NCBI GenBank assembly: GCA_963715865.1
Contig: OY970280.1
Span: forward strand, 32,001-96,000
Reading direction: 5' to 3'
DNA: 64,000 nucleotides
Source of the DNA: Candidatus Bathyarchaeota archaeon
Lineage (GTDB): Archaea; Thermoproteota; Bathyarchaeia; Bathyarchaeales; Bathycorpusculaceae
Under the pieces are notes generated by a model that had not been told where the DNA came from, ran no database searches, and saw only the letters and a program-made list of their open reading frames with translations. Positions 58,081 to 64,000 of this stretch are shown here, one piece after another. How positions within the stretch are numbered: the stretch's first letter is position 1; the number at the start of each line of letters is the position of its first letter. The translations under genes were made by a program, and so were the position numbers.

Positions 58081-58524
58081 TTAGGGTTTCACCTCTTTGA
58101 ATACCAACGCTTGGTTGGGGCAGTTAGCAACGCATGCTGGCTCTTCGAGACCTTGGCATAAATCGCATTTGGCAACTACTTTGCCTTGTTGATCCATTTT
58201 TATGGCGCCGTATGGGCAGACCATTATGCAGGTCCAGCAGCCCATGCATTTATCTGGGTTATGAGTTACTAAACCTGTTTTTTCGTCTTTTTGCATTGCT
58301 CCTGATAAGCAAGCGGTTACGCATGGTGCGTCTTCGCAGTGTCGACATTGGATGGCGAATGATATGGGCTTGTTTACTTCTAGTCTTACTCTGCTTATTG
58401 GTTTGGGGCGTTCGCTGTTGTAGGCTTTGATTATGTCTTTTGATTTTGAGTGTTGGACTGTGCAGTAGACTTCGCATAATCCGCAGCCCATGCATAATTC
58501 TTGCTTTGCGATTATTCTTTTCAT
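58081..58524 (-). CDS. 4x[4Fe-4S] electron transfer protein (CooF/HydN-like)
   Basis: CMGCGLC, CRHCEDAPC, CMGCWTCIMVCP, KCDLC...PAC...CP. Confidence 0.92.
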   Translation of the reverse strand: MKRIIAKQELCMGCGLCEVYCTVQHSKSKDIIKAYNSERPKPISRVRLEVNKPISFAIQCRHCEDAPCVTACLSGAMQKDEKTGLVTHNPDKCMGCWTCIMVCPYGAIKMDQQGKVVAKCDLCQGLEEPACVANCPNQALVFKEVKP

Positions 58525-58551
58525 TTATTTTAACTCCGTCAATATTTTTGT

Positions 58552-58671
58552 TTAGCGTGGACAAGTGAGCATGAAAATATGAAGTTCAGCGTCGCTTGTG
58601 CATGAAACACCCTTGCTTGTGGTTGCTTGGCTATCGTTTCTAATTATTACTTTACAGGTGTTTAATGGCAT
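58552..58671 (-). CDS. Putative 39-aa leader ORF of the glt operon
   Basis: TATA-like TTATATA (58726-58720), AGAGGGGT SD, ATG 58671; MPLNTCKVIIRNDSQATTSKGVSCTSDAELHIFMLTCPR*. Confidence 0.5.
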   Translation of the reverse strand: MPLNTCKVIIRNDSQATTSKGVSCTSDAELHIFMLTCPR

Positions 58672-58781
58672 TTTTACCCCTCTTTTTATGAGAGCTAGCC
58701 CATCAAATAGCATGTATTCTATATAACTTTGTTGAAAATCATTTATATGTAAGTTAATGAACTATGTTATCTAAATGAAAC

Positions 58782-59903
58782 ATGTATCAGGTGAATGCTT
58801 TGGCAGAAAAAGACCTAGGCTATAGAAGAGTCCAATGCACAGGAAGAGGCTCATACATAATATCCCTACCCAAAGACTGGGTCCAAGACATCGGCTTAAA
58901 ACGAGGCAGCGAAATAGCCTTTAACCTCCAACCAGACTCCACACTTACGCTGGTTCCAAGAAAAATCAAAGAAAAAGAAGGCAGAGACAACTCATCTAAA
59001 CCCAAAGAATACTACATTAACGTTGACCCAAAGGAACCTCCACAATCTACCTTGCGCATGATCCGCGCGTTATACGCTATTGGTGCTGACATAATAAGAG
59101 TCCACTTCAGAAACACTCAAGACGCAGTAAAATACAAGAACGAAATAAAAAATCTGGCCAGAGACAACTTTCTTGGTTCAGAAATAATTGATGAAACATC
59201 AGACGAAATTACCCTTCAAATCCTAATAAAACACTCAGAATTCCCCATCGAAAAAGCTGTTAGAAGAATGGCTATCGTAGCACTCTCCGCAAACAGAGAC
59301 GCCATTGCCGCCCTAAAAGACAGAAGCACCACTTTATTTGACAGCGTAATCAACGCTCACAATGATGTAAACCGCTTAGGACTATACATCGTTCGCCAAC
59401 TAAAATACGGCATAGAACGAAACCTATACCGAGAACTCGGTTTTAGAACACCCAAAGAGTTTCTCTTGTACCGCATAGCAGTAAACGACATTGAAAACAT
59501 TGGCGAAAATGCCATGAATATCATAAACAATCTGGGTTCACTGCAAAAATTAATCAATGATGAAACGCTTTTCATAAAAGACCCCGTAGACGAAGAAATA
59601 TACAATCAACTAGTCAATTTCAGTTCACAAGCGCACCAGCTATACGAAGATGCCATAAAAGCAATGTTCAAAAGAGAATACAAGGATGCAGAAAAATTAA
59701 TTTCAAAACGGGAATCCATCTATCCACTAGAAAACGAGCTAATCATGCTGATGTCAAGCAAAAAACTAGACCCAAATGTAGCTTCGGTGCTACGCTTAAT
59801 TTTTGATAGTTCAAGGCGTATAATGGATTACAGTCAGAACATGGCAGAATTAACACTTAACCGCACCGTAGAAGAACTATGCACGTCCTTCGCCACAAAA
59901 TAA
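58782..59903 (+). CDS. AbrB-PhoU family regulator (archaeal phosphate uptake regulator-like)
   Basis: RRVQCTGRGSYIISLPKDW AbrB domain; two PhoU-like helical domains. Confidence 0.9.
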   Translation: MYQVNALAEKDLGYRRVQCTGRGSYIISLPKDWVQDIGLKRGSEIAFNLQPDSTLTLVPRKIKEKEGRDNSSKPKEYYINVDPKEPPQSTLRMIRALYAIGADIIRVHFRNTQDAVKYKNEIKNLARDNFLGSEIIDETSDEITLQILIKHSEFPIEKAVRRMAIVALSANRDAIAALKDRSTTLFDSVINAHNDVNRLGLYIVRQLKYGIERNLYRELGFRTPKEFLLYRIAVNDIENIGENAMNIINNLGSLQKLINDETLFIKDPVDEEIYNQLVNFSSQAHQLYEDAIKAMFKREYKDAEKLISKRESIYPLENELIMLMSSKKLDPNVASVLRLIFDSSRRIMDYSQNMAELTLNRTVEELCTSFATK

Positions 59904-60018
59904 CAAACTCTCCACTATTTTGCTTAACTATTTACAATTTTATAGCGCCTTTTAATAAGGAGGCTATTGTTTTCCTGAGCCTAGAAAAGAAAAAAAGAAG
60001 AAAATGGTTGTTTTTATT

Positions 60019-60312
60019 TTACTTTTGGTATTCTTTGATGGATGTTGCGGGCATAGTAAGCGTTTCAGTTACGCCGTCGATTGAGCGGATTTTTTCGCCT
60101 ACAAAATGAAGCGCGTTATCGTTGCTGTCAGCTTCAAACCACACGGCAAAATCCCAGCTTCCGAAGACATTGTAAGAAGCGTTAACTCTTATGCCTTCCA
60201 TTGGCCTTTCAGATACAGATCTTAACGAATTAAAGAAGGGCTCTGTTTTCGATGGGTTCAGTTTAATTAAAACAAGGTATTTCTGCATGTTTTTTTGCAT
60301 TGTTTTCACCAC
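60019..60312 (-). CDS. Stand-alone Lrp/AsnC ligand-binding (RAM/GYD-like) domain
   Basis: VFGSWDFAV...IRSIDGVTETLT. Confidence 0.8.
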   Translation of the reverse strand: MVKTMQKNMQKYLVLIKLNPSKTEPFFNSLRSVSERPMEGIRVNASYNVFGSWDFAVWFEADSNDNALHFVGEKIRSIDGVTETLTMPATSIKEYQK

Positions 60313-60398
60313 GCAATCTTATACTAAAAAAACATTTTAACATGTGTGACTGTAACCAGACCATAACAACTACGCAATTTTTGCGCTGCAAGCAATAA

Positions 60399-60713
60399 TC
60401 AGTTTGGTTGCAGAATTAAGAGTGCTTCCTTAATTTGAGCTTGGCATGCTTTGCATTTCTTCATAAATTCCCCATTTGCCAATGGACCGTTAACATCGCA
60501 AACGATTCTGGAGCAAGCATCATACGTAAAGCAGCACACTGGAAAACGTTCAGATTCTTTAAAGGCACCTTTAATAATTGACAATTGCGCAGCAACGTTG
60601 CTTGAAGCTTTTTCATTAGGCTCAGTGCCCATGAGCGATAGCTCGTTTAGGACATAGTCTAACCGTTTTTTTATGCTTGTCAACCCTTTACCCCGTTCCA
60701 CTTGAATGTACAA
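60399..60713 (-). CDS. Hypothetical Cys-containing protein
   Basis: Helical N-terminus, then CC...C...C...CKAC. Confidence 0.5.
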   Translation of the reverse strand: MYIQVERGKGLTSIKKRLDYVLNELSLMGTEPNEKASSNVAAQLSIIKGAFKESERFPVCCFTYDACSRIVCDVNGPLANGEFMKKCKACQAQIKEALLILQPN

Positions 60714-60822
60714 TAGAAGTATTAAAAAGTAATCATTTAATGAATAAAAAATTCAGGCAATTAAAGCGCATTAGCAAACAATTCACAAAATAAAACTAAA
60801 AGAAAAATTAAAGAAATTGAGT

Positions 60823-62475
60823 TTATTCTTCGCCTTCAGGACCGCCGGGCATTCCGCCTGGGCCACCTGGACCGCCTTTTGGTGATTTGGCTGTTATGAC
60901 GTCGTCTATGCGCAGTATCATGGCTGCTGATTCAGCTGCGGATTTGATGGCTTGTTCTTTGACTACGAGTGGTTCGATGACTCCGTTGTCGATGCTGTTT
61001 TGTAGTTTGCCTGTGAAAACGTTGATGCCTATGTTTTTGCCGTCTTGTGTGTCGTGTTTTGAGCGTAGTTCGACTAGGATGTCTATTGGTTCTAGTCCTG
61101 CGTTTTCTGCGAGTGTGCGTGGTATTACTTCGACTGCCTCTGCGAATGCTTCAACGGCTAATTGTTCTCTTCCGCCGACTTTTGTTGCGTACTTGCGTAG
61201 TTCTTTAGCAACTTCGATTTCTACTGCTCCTCCGCCTGCGACGATTTTGTTGTTTTCTATTACGTCTGAGATTACTGATAGTGAGTCGATCATGGCTCTT
61301 TCTGCTTCGTCAACCATTCGTTCGAGTCCTGCGCGGATGAGTATGGCTACGCTGTGTGGGTCTTTGCATTTTTCGACGAATATCATTTTGTCGTCGCCGA
61401 TTTTGCGTTCTTCAACTAAGCCTGCCATGCCTAGGTCTGCGGGTTTGAGGTCGTCTAGGTCGCTGATTATTCTTCCGCCTGTTGCTCTTGCGAGTTTTTC
61501 CATGTCTGATTCTTTTACGCGGCGTGCTGCCATTATGCCTTCTTTGGATAGGAAGTGTTGTACCATGTCGTCGATGCCTTTTTGGCAGAAGACTACGTCT
61601 GCTTTTGAGGCTTTGATTTTTGTAACCATGTCTTTCATCATGTCGGTTTCTTGGTCTAGGAATGCTTTCATTTGTGATGGGTCTTTAATGCGGATTTCAG
61701 CGCTGATTTCTGTTTTTTCTATTTCTAATGCTGACTCTAAGAGGGCGATTTTTGCGTTTTCTTTTATCTTTGGCATTCCTGGATTAACGACTTCTTTGTC
61801 AATGATTATTCCTCTGATAAGTTGAGTTTCAATGAGGCTTTTGCCTGTTTTCTTGATAAGTTGAATGTTATCTATGTCGGCTATTGTTTTGTCGCCGCGT
61901 TGCTCTGCAATTTGTTTGACTGCGTCGATGGATATTTCTGCTAGGTGCTCTCTTGCTGCGCCTACTGCTTTGCTGCTCATTGATGTTAATGCGACTTTGA
62001 GGAGTGTTTTGCGGTCGTTTACGTCAAGTGGAATGGCTATTTTGTTTAGGACTTCGATTGCTTTTTGGGATGCTTTTCGGTAGCCGCTGACTAGAATTAT
62101 TGGGTGGATGTTTTGGTCTAGGAGTTCTTCTGCTTTTTTGAGTAGCTCACTTGCTAGGACGACTGCGGTTGTTGTTCCGTCGCCGACCATGTCGTCTTGT
62201 GTTTTGGCGATTTCAACCATCATTTTTGCTGCTGGGTGTTCTACGTCTATTTCTTTTAGGATTGCTGCGCCGTCGTTTGTTATTGTTATGTCGCCAAGAG
62301 AGTCGATGAGCATTTTGTCCATGCCTCTTGGGCCTAGTGTGGTTTTGAGGACTTCGCCGATTACTCGTGCGGCCATTATGTTGTTTCTTTGGGCTTCTTT
62401 GCCCCTGCTTCTGGTTGTTCCTTCTTTAAGTATTAATACTGGCTGTCCTGAACCTGTTGTTGTTAAATACGCCAT
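60823..62475 (-). CDS. thsA: Thermosome subunit, alpha-like
   Basis: [25 protein letters not shown]; GP-rich tail. Confidence 0.95.
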   Translation of the reverse strand: MAYLTTTGSGQPVLILKEGTTRSRGKEAQRNNIMAARVIGEVLKTTLGPRGMDKMLIDSLGDITITNDGAAILKEIDVEHPAAKMMVEIAKTQDDMVGDGTTTAVVLASELLKKAEELLDQNIHPIILVSGYRKASQKAIEVLNKIAIPLDVNDRKTLLKVALTSMSSKAVGAAREHLAEISIDAVKQIAEQRGDKTIADIDNIQLIKKTGKSLIETQLIRGIIIDKEVVNPGMPKIKENAKIALLESALEIEKTEISAEIRIKDPSQMKAFLDQETDMMKDMVTKIKASKADVVFCQKGIDDMVQHFLSKEGIMAARRVKESDMEKLARATGGRIISDLDDLKPADLGMAGLVEERKIGDDKMIFVEKCKDPHSVAILIRAGLERMVDEAERAMIDSLSVISDVIENNKIVAGGGAVEIEVAKELRKYATKVGGREQLAVEAFAEAVEVIPRTLAENAGLEPIDILVELRSKHDTQDGKNIGINVFTGKLQNSIDNGVIEPLVVKEQAIKSAAESAAMILRIDDVITAKSPKGGPGGPGGMPGGPEGEE

Positions 62476-62720
62476 ATTGTTATCCCTACTTTAATAGAAC
62501 TTGGTTTTATTTCGGAAATAAGCAAAAAAGGCAACGGCAATATAAACTTTTACCCTTAAAGTAAGCTGGTTACGCTATGTGTTTAGGGGTTAGCGAGTTC
62601 TAGCTTATTGAACTGTAGAAGTGATTTCTGGCGAAGGGTTTTTAAGATTTTTTGTGGGTTGCTGGCGTTTGTTTCACGTTTCTTTTTGTGAACGGGCGTT
62701 GTTTTTGGTTGCTCTTATAC

Positions 62721-62771
62721 GTCACGCAAGTACATTGTTACTAGTCACGCAAGTTCATGGTTACTCGTCAC
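62721..62771. repeat. 23-bp tandem repeat, 2.2 copies
   Basis: GTCACGCAAGTACATTGTTACTA / GTCACGCAAGTTCATGGTTACTC / GTCAC. Confidence 0.85.
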
Positions 62772-62886
62772 TTTAGCCTAAGATCATGCTTGCCCGCCTG
62801 CTTTTTAAGTTAAAGCTACCTTTTTCAAAAATTATGCTGATTTGTACAACTTGCCAGTAATAGGGCTTATTTTCGTGCTGCAACGG

Positions 62887-63294
62887 TTAGATCCATGCTG
62901 TTTCGATTTCTTTGATTTGTTTAATATGTTGGTCGTCTGTGATGCATACTGCCTTGAGTGTAAATGCTGTGGCGGCAATCATGCTGTCTCCCATTGACAG
63001 GTGGTACTTGTGTCGTAGTTCCGCAGAGATTTCTGCTATTTGGTCGTCAACTGGGATGATTTCAAAGTCTTGTTTAAGGAAAGTGACTTTAAGTTTTGCG
63101 GTTTCTCGTCCTTCGGTAGCCATAGAGGTATTGTATAGCTCATGGATTACTATTGTTGAAACGTATTTTTCTTTCCTTATCTTTTCGTTTCTTATTTTTT
63201 TCCGTATGGTGTCATCTTTGGATCTGTAAAGTTGGGTGAAGAATCTGGTATCATAGACTGCTGCTTTATTCATCTTCATGCCTGAGCTTGTCAA
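62887..63294 (-). CDS. vapC: VapC PIN-domain toxin
   Basis: YDT, VIHEL, MGDSMIAATA, ITDD. Confidence 0.9.
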   Translation of the reverse strand: MTSSGMKMNKAAVYDTRFFTQLYRSKDDTIRKKIRNEKIRKEKYVSTIVIHELYNTSMATEGRETAKLKVTFLKQDFEIIPVDDQIAEISAELRHKYHLSMGDSMIAATAFTLKAVCITDDQHIKQIKEIETAWI

Positions 63295-63496
63295 GTAGTT
63301 TATCTATTTCTTCCGCGGTAGCAGAGTCTGAATATGCTCCTATCATGTCCCATATTGACTTTTTAGGCTTGAGTAGTATGCCTTCTTCTGTGTCAAGCAC
63401 TTCAAGTCTTGTGCCTTCTTCTATTTTGTACTTTTTGCGTAGCCGCACAGGAATGGTGGTCTGACCTTTTTTGGTTACGACAACTTCGGTTTCCAT
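63266..63496 (-). CDS. vapB: AbrB/MazE-type VapB antitoxin
   Basis: VTKKGQTTIPVRLRKKYKIEEG; overlaps vapC. Confidence 0.9.
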   Translation of the reverse strand: METEVVVTKKGQTTIPVRLRKKYKIEEGTRLEVLDTEEGILLKPKKSIWDMIGAYSDSATAEEIDKLLDKLRHEDE

Positions 63497-63507
63497 CTTT
63501 TAACGCC

Positions 63508-63541
63508 GTATTACTTTTAGTAAGTATTACCTTTAAACTTT
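63508..63541 (-). promoter_or_regulatory. vapBC promoter/operator
   Basis: Minus-strand TTTAAA box at ~63532-63537, then TTACT-TTT-AGTAA palindrome (63511-63523) flanked by two GTATTAC copies. Confidence 0.55.
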
Positions 63542-63625
63542 GCGGAGAAACTTGCTAAGTCGTTTGTGATCGGTTGCAAAGGCTTTTTAGCCTAAAGCTT
63601 CTCATGTTGACACTTGGTGAGTGGT

Positions 63626-64000
63626 GTGAGCCAAAGTTTCCTCCTAGAAGCCAACGACTTCATCATGAAAAAGAAAATCCTATCTGCACGAGAACACTAC
63701 GACTTCGAAGACACAGCAGGCAACAAATTAGGCGAAGCCGACGGCAACTTCCTTCAGGTTCCCGCCAAATTTACCGTCAAGGACACTCATGGGTTAGAGC
63801 TTATGCACTTGCAGGGGAAGGTGTTCACGATGCGAAGCGAGTTTACTTTTCACGGTTCAGCTAATGAAGAGTTGGGCACAATAAAGAAGAAAATAGCCAA
63901 GCTCATCGGCGAAGAATTCTGGATAGAAAAAAACGGCGCCGAGTTCATGCGCATCTACGGAGACTTCACCGAGCACGAGTATCAAATGGAAGTCGATGGC
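63626..64000 (+). CDS. LURP-one/Tubby-C-like (DUF567) protein, truncated by window edge
   Basis: Not in track. GTG 63626 after GGTGA SD: MSQSFLLEANDFIMKKKILSAREHYDFED..G...LGTIKKK...IYGDFTEHEYQMEVDG, open to the end. Confidence 0.75.
   Translation, partial: MSQSFLLEANDFIMKKKILSAREHYDFEDTAGNKLGEADGNFLQVPAKFTVKDTHGLELMHLQGKVFTMRSEFTFHGSANEELGTIKKKIAKLIGEEFWIEKNGAEFMRIYGDFTEHEYQMEVDG

Noticed and set aside
60887-61825. 312-aa + strand ORF
   Set aside because: Antisense shadow of the highly biased thsA gene; S/M/I-rich with no motifs.

Overview
Archaeal chromosome segment, most likely Candidatus Bathyarchaeia (TACK). This is inferred from PolB1, Rpo3 with a ferredoxin-like domain, the exosome and S13-S4-S11-RpoD-L18e-L13-S9-RpoN clusters, PEF-CTERM and the overall gene set. 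About 70 CDS. Housekeeping: two thermosome subunits, prefoldin beta, proteasome alpha, exosome, r-proteins, TopA, PolB1, XPD, Nth, RadB, Sua5, ThyA, MoeA x2, CarS, AglB, AglH-like GPT and a five-gene glutamate synthase operon. Accessory patches: a GT4 / six-hairpin / 2x GH130 carbohydrate module, small stress-type proteins (Csp3-like, KGG, a hidden 52-aa protein), two MNT-HEPN pairs, VapBC, DUF488, a DUF3796-XRE unit and a beta-helix surface protein. No CRISPR array, rRNA, complete tRNA, integrase or transposase was seen. Most notable: (1) an OSTC/DC2-like protein near aglB, suggesting a multi-subunit oligosaccharyltransferase; (2) a PAC4-like proteasome chaperone; (3) the split GT4/six-hairpin plus twin GH130 module; (4) a concentric four-copy repeat array inside 12-bp direct repeats at 20.8-21.0 kb; (5) a probable ~45 kb inversion separating pcc1 from pfdB; (6) a 39-aa leader ORF ahead of the glt operon; (7) +1 frameshifts in radB and an RNA m5C methyltransferase, and a CTG start for rps11. 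Family assignments come from motif recognition and memory, not database searches.
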